From Phoronis australis (lineage: Eukaryota; Animalia; Phoronida), in NCBI GenBank assembly GCA_002633005.1, contig NMRA01000731.1, forward strand, positions 54,996 to 118,995: a DNA stretch of 64,000 nt, written 5' to 3'. Each line of letters starts with the position of its first letter. Position 1 is the stretch's first letter. This document shows positions 1 through 12,125 of this stretch, piece after piece. The translations under genes were made by a program, and so were the position numbers. Under the pieces are notes generated by a model. It saw only the letters and a list, made by a program, of their open reading frames with translations. It was not told the origin of the DNA and did no database searches.

Positions 1-474
1 AAAACTGCTTTGAGGTGGTGATTAACAAAGTTTAGCCAATTTACGTTTGCTCGACATTTCCGGGCGGTAATTTTTCCGGTCATTTTCAGCTCTTACAGCA
101 TTCTTAGAAGAGCGAGCACAAGTATCTGGTCAATGATGAGCAGCACTTTTTGGAATTTTTGTGCCTCGTGTGATTTGAACCATAGACCTTTCAGTTGTTA
201 GTATGGTGTTCTCCCAGTGTCAGTTATTCTAAGAACGTTCTAACACCCGAAGATGGATGGAGAAATGACCGACTAAAATGTCGGGCCATTGTAAATAGAC
301 TGGAGGTTGGTGTAAATACTATAGACCAATATATTTCAGAAATGATGAAATTGTATTGAGAGGTGAATCCATCACACACTTGGTTTTCAGAACCATTAGA
401 TTATTAAGTTATCTGGCAAACAATTTTTTAAAATCGATAATTGAAATATTTGATTCGTTTTTTAGGACATTTGA

Positions 475-612
<138 letters not shown>

Positions 613-1818
613 TAGTATTGAAAATTCATTAGTTGATTAGTTTGAATGAGGAATTTTCCGTTTTTGAAAAATCATTTTGTAACTGGTGTTCAGCGTCTTG
701 AAAAGTTAGAAATGTGTCAAAAAACATAATTTATTTGAAAATATACCAGGTAATTCTTCGTGTTTGGAATATTCAGTTTTTGAACAAGAATCTTTTATTG
801 TCTGCTGTTTTGAAAATTCTCATTGTTACTGGCAAAAATCCCTTGGTAAAAAATTAATGTTTTGACTAGTTGAAGTTGTATGAATGAAATGATTTACCTG
901 TGGTATTGTAATAAGTCCATGCCTTCTATCCAAGTCCAACTTGTATGTAGGCCACTATTAGTTATGAAATGGGTCGCATCTTGTTCCTGACTGAGAGTGG
1001 AAACAAGTGTCAGGTCATTACTTCTTTGTTACAAGCCATTCAGTTGCCAGTTAAGTCTGGTTAGTTTATGTCACCAAAACAGTTTGTCAATCAGAGGAAT
1101 TCTCGTCAATTTGTCGTAACCAATTTCAGTTCAGAAGAGCAATTTTGCCTGTGAAGAAAGTTCACATTTTTTCACACGATGGTTTATAGTGGCTTTAAAC
1201 AATTTGATTTTTTGTGCATAAACTCGTGTGCATGGCGTAAAAGTTAAGCCACCCTGGATTGAACTCTCTTTGGTAGGGTTTGGAAATTACATTTCATGAC
1301 TGACCTACTTTTCAAACTATCAGGCACCTCTGAGTTTATTAACAGGGCAGGCACGTCCAGCTGATATTTGCCCTTTTTCTGACCTGTTTTTCAAAATACC
1401 AGGAACAAAGGGAAGCACATCCAACTCTGATAATTGACGTTTTTGTCTATTTCTTCTTGTCAGCACTGCAACTCGAAGTGTAATAATGCAAATTTGCCTG
1501 CATTACAGTTATGAATTGCATAATTATTTGGGATATGAAATAGTATTTAGAACATTCGCATGTGGAGGATCAAGACAATTGCTAGACACATGCATTGTAT
1601 TGTTGGTAAATACCCAAGAATGATAATGGTGCTGTGCAATTTGAGGACGGACCTATTATTTGATGTGGGTTCTGATAAACCAGTGGATGTTTTATGTGAC
1701 AGTGTTTGTACCGTCACCATCTCAGCAATCCCTTGAATTGAATCGAGTTTGAAATGGCTACATTTGATTTTGGCAGCTTTCGGCAGTAGCTTAAACGCAA
1801 GAGTCTTCTTTCTTGTAG

Positions 1819-1859
1819 ATATTCCACTCGAGCAAGTGAAATCTCTCAATGCAACTGAG
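1819..1859 (+). CDS. SPAST: Spastin coding exon equivalent to human exon 16
   Basis: Pyrimidine tract cttctttcttgtag then 41 nt, donor gtaggt at 1860; in frame with the previous exon gives DIPLEQVKSLNATE (human ELKPEQVKNMSASE); phase compatible with both neighbours. Confidence 0.92.
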
Positions 1860-2582
1860 GTAGGTAGCTGGGACCAGAGTTACAGTTTAGTCATTTCCGG
1901 TGGTCACACTATGGTTTGATTATTCCCTTTTAACTTTGTACATGTGGACAGAAATTGTGTGCATGCTTTTCTGGAAATAGAGATTCGTGCGCTTTCGCTC
2001 AAAGTAAAATGTGACACACAGCTTTTCATCCTGGACTCTTTTGGAAAAAGTTTGTTGGTAATTTTTCACTTATTTTGCATAGAAATATTAAACAGGATTA
2101 GAATTTTTTCTATTATCAAGGTCAGATTACCTCACTGCAAACAATCCCTACTTAACCATATATCGATTAGCACAACATCACTTTAGTACAAACTGAGCTA
2201 AAACTACCTACTGAAGTTTTTGAATCTTTACTTTTGTTGGAAAATTTAATGAACTAAAAATTCACCTTTCAGCCCTATTGTGTGTTGAATAGGTGGAAAT
2301 TACCAAATGTATCTAGAGCTTGCATACATGTACTTCTAAACATTAGGATCGGCAACAGTTTGCTTCATAGGTGAAAGGTTAATATTTTTGCTTTTTATTA
2401 TGGTTGTGCCTCAGTATGAAAGTAAATTTGCTTCTGAATTCATTTCATTAAAATTTTGATTTCACAAAAATGTGATTGGACGTGATGTATGTGGATCAGT
2501 TACCTAATCAGGTAATATAATTAAATTGTTTTTCATTTATTTTTCTGTTTTTAGTAAGTATATTCCATTTTATTCCTTTTAG

Positions 2583-2705
2583 GTGAGAGACATTAATCTT
2601 AAAGATTTCACCAACTCTTTGTCACGAATACGCAAGAGTGTGCCGCCAGAATCACTGCGAAAATATGAGGAGTGGAATAAAGAGTATGGCGTGATCTCCC
2701 TATAG
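2583..2705 (+). CDS. SPAST: Spastin terminal coding exon (Vps4_C-like tail)
   Basis: Acceptor ttccttttag; VRDINLKDFTNSLSRIRKSVPPESLRKYEEWNKEYGVISL-stop (TAG 2703-2705), matching human [40 protein letters not shown]; 123 nt including stop. Confidence 0.96.
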   Translation: MRDINLKDFTNSLSRIRKSVPPESLRKYEEWNKEYGVISL

Positions 2706-2916
2706 ATGTCACTACCTCACATCATTACACCATTCTCTTGGCTCTTCCTAAAGTCCACATTGTCAACGGGTCTGGTTTTATTACACACAGCGTGTCTTTT
2801 TCAGGAAAAGTAACTTAAGATTAAAGACAGGAATTTGGTTTTGCTATCCCGCTTCACAATTGGCAAATAAAATTTTAGTCATGTAATAGTTACCACCTCA
2901 TTGTCTGGAATGATTT

Positions 2917-3007
2917 TTCTCAGTAATTAATAATTATGGGTATATTCTCAGTAATTAATAATTATGGGTATATTCTCAGTAATTAATAATTATGGGTATA
3001 TTCTCAG
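2917..3007. repeat. 28-bp minisatellite, ~3.2 perfect copies, in probable spastin 3' UTR
   Basis: Unit ttctcagtaattaataattatgggtata repeated three times plus ttctcag. Confidence 0.95.
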
Positions 3008-3806
3008 ATACTTTATTCTTATCCTAAACAATGTTTGTTTATCAGAAATAGTTCTATGGAGTGTAGGACCAAATTTCTGTCTTCAGCCTTAGGTCACTTC
3101 TCATGAAACAGATGCCAGTAGTTAGTGGAATGCGTATTAGGCAAACTAGGGGATAGATAGTGCGCTAAGTAGCGCTAAGTGCTCCTCGCACTACTCCTGT
3201 GTATTTTACATGATTGATATCTGAACATTCCGATTTAGACCAAAGAGACAACTTTATGGTACGACACGATGTGAAATGATACAATCAAAACCTTTTCTTG
3301 CTTTATGTTGACAAAAACTATTATTGTACAAATGCAGCCCAGTTTGGGAACTTCATTTGAAGAATGCAAGTCGAAACATATCTTTGTCTACATCTGTGAG
3401 TCAGTTTTACTCCAATTCGGCACTGCTCTATGCAAGATGATTGCCCTTCTTTAACTGAAACAAAAACCTATGTAGTCAGAGTGTTGATAGCTGCAAATTG
3501 TAAAATTGTACATTAAAACCAATGTGTATATAGATACTAGAACATTCTGTGAATAATTTCTACTTGCTTTTTTTGTTGTGCCAAGGTTTTTCGTTTGAGT
3601 TTTTTTATTGCTTTTTTTCCTTTTGTTTGAGTGCCACGACTTAAGAATTGACGACTTTAAATTTCTTTGTAAGTAGTGGGAGGAGGATCCTGCCTGTAGA
3701 AATGTAAGCAAACAGGTAGTCACGTGGGACCGTTAGCCAGCAAAATACCCCTTTGCTAATGAACTGGTTCCTACTCTCAATTTATTCAGGTGTTAAAAAG
3801 AGAAAG

Positions 3807-3870
3807 ATTTGTTCATTAGCGCCACCTGGTGAACACAAATTTGTTCATTAGCGCCACCTGTTGAACATAA
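3807..3870. repeat. 32-bp tandem dimer, each unit containing a CTCF-like motif
   Basis: atttgttcattagcgccacctggtgaacacaa / atttgttcattagcgccacctgttgaacataa; tagcgccacctggtg is the reverse complement of the canonical CTCF core CACCAGGTGGCGCTA. Confidence 0.85.
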
Positions 3871-4510
3871 AAGTCTCACATTAATCAGTTTGTTTCGTTA
3901 AAAACTGTTGAGTGAATTGGATGGCACTTAGCAGAGAAACTGTTTTTGTCTCTCAGTGTGCTGGTTGAATGCCCTGGGTTCAGTTTCATCATGTTTGTGC
4001 TTGTGTTTGTGTTTTGCCCTAGATCCTAATCATGCTTGCTTAGAACACCTCCGTTTCTTATATCTACAGTTCTTTACTGTTAACATTTGAATACACTTAA
4101 AAGGGCCGAGGTTGATGGCTTGGCAATTAGCCATGTTCAGCTGGAATACTACTGCTTTGCTCAACCTTTTGCCGATAAAACTGGCCAAGGACAGTGCGTA
4201 CTGCAAACCTTGGTGTTCAGGAAAATAAAGGATTACGACTATGTGAGGGAAAAGTCATTCATGGTAGAAACTGGTAATGTGCAATACAAAAATTGAATTG
4301 TAGACTTTTCTAGTGTAGATTTTTGGGAAGTTATTCCACTTTGTTAAAGTCAGATTTTAGCTTTTAGTCTGAATCAGTGTGTCATAAATATGCTGAATTG
4401 TGGAGTGAAGTGCTGTCATTTTATTTTTATATGTTAATTTGAAACCGTGTCCTTTGGAAAATATTTTTCTTTATTTTCTCACGGTAGTGTTGCAATGTCT
4501 TTTATGTTAA

Positions 4511-4516
4511 AATAAA
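4511..4516 (+). terminator. Candidate polyadenylation signal of spastin
   Basis: AATAAA at the end of a U/GU-rich 3'-UTR-like stretch, followed by T-rich sequence; other AATAAA hexamers exist (e.g. ~2866, ~4788), so the choice is inference. Confidence 0.35.
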
Positions 4517-6378
4517 AAGAATGTGAATGACAATTTTCGCCTTATTTTCGCTTCTCATAAGTATTATTCCATTTGGGAAATTTAAGGTTGTTTGGGACTC
4601 TAGAAAAATTTGCAGATTTTGCAAACTTTGGAACATTATATCTCAAAAGTGGCTGATCAGATTCACACGAAACTATCACATTCCATGCTTTCATACACTT
4701 CTTCAAAAGGCCTTCAGTGATTGTTTTTAAAATGTTTCACCTTAGCATGAGGGGTTATCACAAAATAGGATTTTTATGATGTTTGTGAATAAAATAGAAA
4801 GATGCATGAAACAAAAACAATTAATGATAATTTAGAGATTCTTTCTCAATATTTATATAAAACTAAATTTGGTCATGGTATTGATGCTGTTGTTTTGTCT
4901 TTCCTTTTGTACTTGTTACTGATAAGACATGCCACATGGGTAAAAAGTGAAAAATCAAATTTTTTCAGGTTTTCAATTTTCAGAGTTTTAGTATATCAAT
5001 TGGTGACTTTTCGAATCTTCTTTTTCACGTGAACATTCCTCTTCTGCATATCAATATCGTTCCCTGATGAAAAAATGTCCAGTTCCCAGCGATCCCTAAA
5101 TTTCTTGTAACGATCCTCCATAATAAAACGTTAGACTAGGTCTAAAACTGTCTCACAACTAACTTCAGTCGAACAATCTAATTTTTCCTTATAAGCATAG
5201 AAAATTCACTTCCTTGTAATGGGCTTACAAGGAAGTGTCATTTGAATATACTAAGGGCTACTTTTATAATACTCATTGCCCTCAGCTATAGCCTAAGTGG
5301 TATACGTGACAGCTCGTTCGGAATAGGGGAAACTAAAGTGCACACGTCCTTCATAAGTGGGCAGAGCACCTGTTTCAATTGACCTGGCTGTCTAGGACGT
5401 CGACGGAACACTTTTATTCGAGTAATGACAAATGGCAAATTAATAACGCGTTTTCGTCCCTGTCATGCACTCAGTTTAATTTGACCCAATTTCCGATGTT
5501 AAAAGTTCATGTGCGGCCGGGTCAAATAAATACGGGTGATGGCCATTGATGCATACAGGCGGATCCAAACAGTGGGGAGGGATCGGATTAGAATGTCCAA
5601 ATGGCAGGATTACGGCTTGTCTGACCTTTCTTTTCTTTGGCCAAACACTTTACTCCATATTGATTTTTGAATTGGCTAAAATACTATGCTGCTAAAACAT
5701 ATTTCGATGTATATTTTTGTCCGATTTGCTTCAAGAGAGTACCACCTATTAACAATCTTGACCACAGGTATATATTTATATTTGTACATAAATAGTTATG
5801 GCTATTCACTGATGGTCTTAGACTAGGCCACGCAGCTCATTTTGGTTTGCACTGGGTGTATAAAAGTAAGGAAGTTATTGCGAACGCGCTCTTGAAATCG
5901 CCTTTGCAATAACGCAATGAGGTAATGCGCATGCTTAGTTGAATCTCAAACAGGAGACAAATTCAAAGGAACTGGGGGAATTTATGTTTTCATATTAACT
6001 ACAAAAAATGGTTTAGGATAGGTGTCCTTCTGCATTATAAATGGAAAGGAATTGATATTTTAACCTAATGTTTACGTCTTTGTGCCTCTTCATTAACAAA
6101 GAAGTTGGATCAGGTTATTTAATGACTTTTTTAATTGCAAATTCGATAACGATCAACGAGTTGATAATGGGTGATTGAAGTCGTAGACTGGAGTTTCAAT
6201 TTCCTTGACATGGGATAGAGCTTTGAACAGACAGAATATATTACGACCAAACAATAACAGGTCTTCACTAGGTTGTTTGATAAATGATTTTTATAAATCG
6301 AGTTACTATTATTTCCATTGGACGTGGATATTTTAACTGAACATCCGAAAACAAAAGGGTAATAGTTTGATATAACGT

Positions 6379-6445
6379 GCCCGCATTTTGAGAAGCAGTT
6401 TTCTCCACTGAATAACGGGCATCAACTGGTTCTCAAAATGCGGGC
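6379..6445. repeat. Hairpin, core of a palindromic MITE family
   Basis: gcccgcattttgagaagcagtt ... aactggttctcaaaatgcgggc: 22-bp arms, 1 mismatch, 23-nt spacer; diverged relative at 50446-50537. Confidence 0.75.
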
Positions 6446-7386
6446 TGTCGTAACTTTGATTTTGATTTGCATTGCAGCTTATTAACGGTGGCTGGTGAAG
6501 GCAGTGGTTACGTCTGAATACGAAAATTGTCATCCGTACGTCAGTTGTATCGCTTTCGCTTTCCTAAAAACGCAGTGTCGCAGTTGCAATAACCCGGTGT
6601 AGGCCTATTCGACCTTCTTAATTACAGTATTATACCTTTGATAAACCGGGTTCATTTTTCTAACAGTGTCGACGCCATCACTGTTTCTAAGTTAGTTTGC
6701 CACCTGTAACCTGTTAAATTAACTAATGAATTTAATAATGAATTTAATCCTCATTAATAGGCCACCGGCCTGTTTATACAAAAATAGAAAACAATAAGTA
6801 CTTACACGCAAAGGCACGCGCACACGTAGTGTTGGTGTTATAAAAGCAATGGTAACAAAATAACCACATTCAAAATCATCTTCCTCCCATCGGCTAAATC
6901 TTACCAAAGTTAGTAATAACATTAAAGCTACATTTCGCCATGCGTAGCTGGGCAAAAACGAAACTCGAATTAATTAAGCCCCTCATTATCAAAAAATAGG
7001 TCAAGTGATACTGCTTATGATGATAGGATTCTATGTCGGATTCAAGTCGCAATACAATTTTCGAATTCGCAATTTTAATGTTATCCAACCCTAAGGACCT
7101 CTGAAACGATTTCTTGAGTTGCTGATGGTTTTGGTGTTCATGCTGGTAACGGAAATGGACTCCTATCACGGCAAGGAATGTTTTGAAGGCTTTCACAATA
7201 ATTGAACTGTTAAATTTACCTAGACGGTCAATATACAAGGGACATAACAACAAAAAATAAGATTCACTCTCAACTATGTCACAATTACAGGATTCACTTA
7301 TTTCGTACAGGACATTAACATGTCTATTTTCAGAGAATTTTCGGTACTCTTCGTCTCCTTTATTCTGCTCTTCCCCGCTCTTTCTG

Positions 7387-7793
7387 GGCCAGAGTTTTAA
7401 TCTTTTTACTTGAAATGGAATTCGAAATTATGTTTGGCATTTTCTACTCTACTTTTGTGCGAACTCAAGATAAGTGTCTATTAATCCATGCTCGAGTACA
7501 TAATAACTTACGTGGATATTTTTTTAGTTCTAGTTTGCAGTTGATAAACCCAACATGACGGCTAAAAGTTCGAGTTTAAACTTGAAATTTCGAGTTTTTA
7601 CTCGAATTTGTAGCACGAATATAAGGGTCATCAAGTGCAAAGCTGGACTAGAAACTTATATGCGTAAAGTATAGTGTATTCGAGCACAGTCTAATAACCA
7701 CGTATCTTGAGTTCGGACAAAAGTAGCAGAGAAATTGCCAAAAATAATCTCGAATTCGTTTCAAGTACAAATATTAGATTCCGAGTCCTGGCC
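7387..7793. mobile_element. Foldback MITE (~400 bp imperfect palindrome, GGCC termini)
   Basis: Left arm ggccag...tacttgaaatggaattcgaaattatgtttggca...ctacttttgtgcgaactcaagata pairs with right arm tatcttgagttcggacaaaagtag...tgccaaaaataatctcgaattcgtttcaagta...ctggcc; no clear TSD. Confidence 0.85.
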
Positions 7794-9257
7794 GCAACAT
7801 TATATGCCGTTCTTTCTAAATGTAACGCGAATTTATAAATATATTATGGAAAATAGAAATACCGTCACTCACGTGATGACCCTTGATCCCTGTTCCCTAA
7901 TGGGTAATAGGAATTATCTAAGAGTTAAATAAATTGAGCCACGGCATATCAAGAAACCTTGATATGAAAATGTTTATAGTTGCTTTCTGTGCTTCTTACA
8001 ACTTCTTATCACTTGAATTGTATTAACTTTGAAAAGACACCTTTTATATTTTCTTAGGTAGCACTCATTTCCAAGTACAACTATTAATTGACAGTTTCCA
8101 CAATTTGCAAATACGCTGCTTAATCATCAATTATCGTCGCAAATGTATATAGTCGTTTCTGCAAATAACATCGACAAAATAACAAAATGTACAGATTTAA
8201 TACACCAACAGCGACACCTTTTGAATAAATGTTTTAATCTAAAACGAACAACAAATTCTTACATACTCTCCAATATTTTAGAAATATTCACATTAATAAA
8301 ATATGAAATAAGTTTATATTGCTGTCCACTCCTAGTCGAAAGTGTTTTTTGTAGCCCACGAATAGACAGTAAAGTTTTCCCATCGATTTATGCAAATATT
8401 CATCTATGAACGTATGCATAATAAAATATCACCCGTATTTTTTTCTGAAACCTGCCTGAGGTTTACAAGTAACGCCATTGGGTTCCAACCAACAATATAA
8501 GGATAATTAAACAAAAAATGAGAAAAAAGAACATTCAACTGTTTGAAACAAAGAGATTCCTCCATAATTGCAACTTTGGGCCATCCTTTCTACCCGATAT
8601 AAACAAAGGGAAAATAACTCCCAATGCCCACTGTCAGCGACAGACTACTGTATGAAAAATATGATGAAATAACTAGTAGTGGCGAGGGCATCGTTGAGTT
8701 ATTTCTAGAAAAAAATGCCACCTGTGACCTCTTAAAAACAAAGAGAAGTGTAAATATATAACCTTCTGGCGGACAGGTATTTCGCTTAACAGTAATTAAG
8801 AGGCAAGATATTAGCATTCCATGTGTTGAAATTCCTGTCTTCATACCCCAAAGCGTTGCCTCAAACTCTCTCGAATATTACTGGCAACGAAATTTTTAAC
8901 GAACATACACTATTAGCTTATAATGAAAGTTACTCAATTTACGTTTCTGCATTATTCATCATCTCCCAAAAAGAAGCCTTGAACGAGTATGCATTTCGAA
9001 ACATTTCTGTGCTCTCTGCGACGAGTACAGGGTAGGCCAAAAATGTTATCCGTTGCACTCGTTGGAAAAATTCGAAAGATTCTGCTAGACCTATATGACC
9101 ACCAAAGTCCTTTGTTTTAGTTCCTTCCTAAGTCGAAAGAGATTTTCATCATACTTGATAACAACATTGACCAAACGGAATTCATTGATTCTTCAACAGG
9201 GAAATTCACCTCCACCAATTATTTATTCCAGTTTGACATTTTGTGGGACTTTGAAGT

Positions 9258-9395
9258 CGGCGCACCATAGGGGGCTGCGGGGTTATAGCCTCCCGCTAAT
9301 TTCAGTGTTGCGCCGCCCATGGTCATATAGGCGGCGCACCATAAGAGGCCGGGGCTATAGTCACCCCACGTATTTCCGTGCTGCGCCGCCCATGG
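9258..9395. mobile_element. Two tandem ~70-bp GC-rich mini-elements with inverted ends (hAT-like MITE remnants)
   Basis: Both units run (g)cggcgcaccata...gggg(c/t)tatag...tgcgccgcccatgg; ends ataggcggcgca / tgcgccgcccat are reverse complements with 1 mismatch. Confidence 0.6.
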
Positions 9396-11368
9396 ATACG
9401 TGACTGAAATTTATCAAGTTTTACTGGACGGTAATTTAATTTTGACACATCCTGAATTAAAATGTGCCTATTTTGGTGTCCTGAAATATTCCCTAAAGTT
9501 TCGGAGGATACTTACATATTAGTTAATTTTCGTTACTTACAAGAGATATTTAAAAAATCATGTCATAATTTTACATACGCAACACCGTTGTTCAATAATC
9601 ATTTTGAAATATGAAAGATTTGGGTTCGAAAAATAAGCTGCTTCGAAATCTCTCGTGTGTTGTTAAAATATATTCTGGATATTACGTTTTTCCTTCCTTA
9701 ACTTTAGAAGACCGAAGTAGTAAAAGTCTTTGTAAGCTTTGTCAAAAGAATTATGAGAATTTCTTTATCGTACCATTATTTATACTTTCTGGTATTTTTC
9801 ATGAGTTTTGTTTTCATAAATAAACACGAACGAATCCATTAATTATATATTTTTTCGCCCAGACTTTCCCTTTGATAACCTGCTTACTACCCTGGGACAT
9901 CCCGTTCCACACAATGGAGAGTGTCGACTGTTTTACGGCGGTCATAAAAATTTAGTCATGACATAAGGCATCAACACTCCTTGTTATCTATAGTAGCACT
10001 GTTATCGAATGCAGGTGTTATTTTGGAATAATAGACTGCTTCGTTTTTCTTTTATCTTACTTTTCATTTGACCATTTTGATGCGCCGACGTAGCGCTCAA
10101 TACATCTTTTTATTAAAATGTATTTAGAAAACTTCTGGACTGAAGTGCGACGAAAATCCCCGCCAGGGTACAGTGCTGCATGAGACAGTGTGTCAGACAT
10201 TTTACTCTATTTGAAATGATTCAAAATTAAATAAATGACCGTGAGAATACTGAATCTATCTACTTTCGCGTTCCCAGTGGAAGAGAAGTAGTTATATCAT
10301 TTTATTTGCAACTAAATACATTATAACAGTAGCAGAAAATTAATATTCATATTCCCGATCTTGATGGGGAACCTCTGAAGACTAAAATGACGCTTGTCTC
10401 AGAGGCTACCGAGAAAAAGCAATCGAGTCACAGACAAACTTTCAATCAGTATGAATTAACAAAAAAGATTAACATAGCTACACTTAACTATGGAGCTCCA
10501 ACAACAAAAGTTTTTTATAGCAGCATTGAGAATGAAAGATAAGATGGATTAAATAACTAACAAAAAGTAAATGGTAAATTTCGGTATCCATGGTAAAACG
10601 TTTAACTAAGAGATTAGCGATATAATACTGGGTGACTGGGCTCGTTTCAAGTGGCACACATAGCAATTCGGAACGTTGCACATTAATTGGTACATATTTG
10701 ACAAAAATGAATTACAACAAAACTTAAATGGAGTTCATAGCAATGTGTGGAGTTTTTTCAGTTACTATGCGCGGAAACGTTTGGTTATTGGTCATCTTTG
10801 ACATGTGATGTCGTCAACGGTAATGTGTGGAAATTCCAGTTGTAAATTCTGTGGTAACTGGAGGGCGAAACGTCGTAATCATGCCTCAACAAGGGGAGGA
10901 AGTACTGTTCGTTTTGGTTTGGAGAACAAAGGAGTAAAACGGAATTTTATTGCTCTCATTAAAAAAACAATACATTTGAAAGACGTTGTCTAATAACGTG
11001 GTATATATTTTTTACAAACGGGTTAAGTTTACGTTTCATATTTTGACAGTATGATATTTCTGAAATTCGTTTTTGTATTATTTTAAACAGTCATGTTTTT
11101 GTGACAATACAAGAACGTCATGTAAAGTTTTTAAAAATATATATATTTCTATGAGACCACATAGATCGAATTATTTGTTGTTTCAGCACGTTTACTACGC
11201 CGATGTTCCGCAAAAAAAAATGATTTACGGATGTTGGTGTGTTTTTATTCATTTTTAGTCATGGAATATGGTCTGGGAATATCTTTCACTGCTTTAAGAG
11301 AAACAATATAAACTGAAACATTTTCTATTCTACAGCTTCTCATTTTGCGCGTAAAAGTTAATAGATGA

Positions 11369-11541
11369 CAATGGCGGATTTAAGGGGGGAGAAAGGGGGC
11401 CATGCTCCCCCACCTCCCGGCAAAATTCTCCCAGATTCCATTTGGGTGTATGGGAGTGCGAAAATCTGACGGGGAAAATCCTGACTAATACTCTGCCCTG
11501 CCCCCCTCTCTTTTTTAACTCAAAATCATGGATCCGCTTCT
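11369..11541. mobile_element. Degraded hAT-like MITE
   Basis: caatggcggattta followed by G-runs at the left, C-runs and tggatccgcttct at the right; typical GC-rich short-TIR MITE layout; TSD not recognisable. Confidence 0.4.
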
Positions 11542-12125
11542 CTATGAACCAGCATTATCATAGACCGCATACGTCTATGATTAATATATAACCTAAGCAA
11601 CCGCGACCTCCACTCCATGAAATGTGGGTTATGAAAATGTCTACGGTGGAACAAAATGTGTTTAGCCGCAGCTAAACGCATCACAATTATACTTATGTAC
11701 AAACGTGGCGCTACACGTTTTTATCACCGACAAGCAAATTTCCTCGCCCCGTCTCCGCATATCGTTGATCTGCCACCAATATTATCCCAAGAGCATCTTA
11801 AAACCCTCTTTAGGTAGAATTTAACTATTTTTGCTCGTTTTGGTCTTGAAAAAAGTGCAGGCAGTTCCAAGTTTCTGTTTCACATGTTGTACAAACCTAA
11901 ACATGAACAGTATACTGGGCTAACGACCTCAAAAACCTTGCACAAAGTCCAATAAAACTGATTTCAGAGTGATTTTTTCCACCTTTTACGACTATGGCTA
12001 GTGCAGCCGACCACTTAAGAAAACAAGAAAATAGACTAATTCAGCTGTGTGCAAAACCAACATTGGCATGCGATTACTATGCACTGAGGGACAAGGCATT
12101 CAGACTGTGAAAACCGTCCTGATTA

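Noticed and set aside
6379-6445. 67-nt hairpin of pre-miRNA size
   Set aside because: A diverged relative at 50446-50537 and near-perfect arms point to a palindromic MITE core; no known miRNA recognised.
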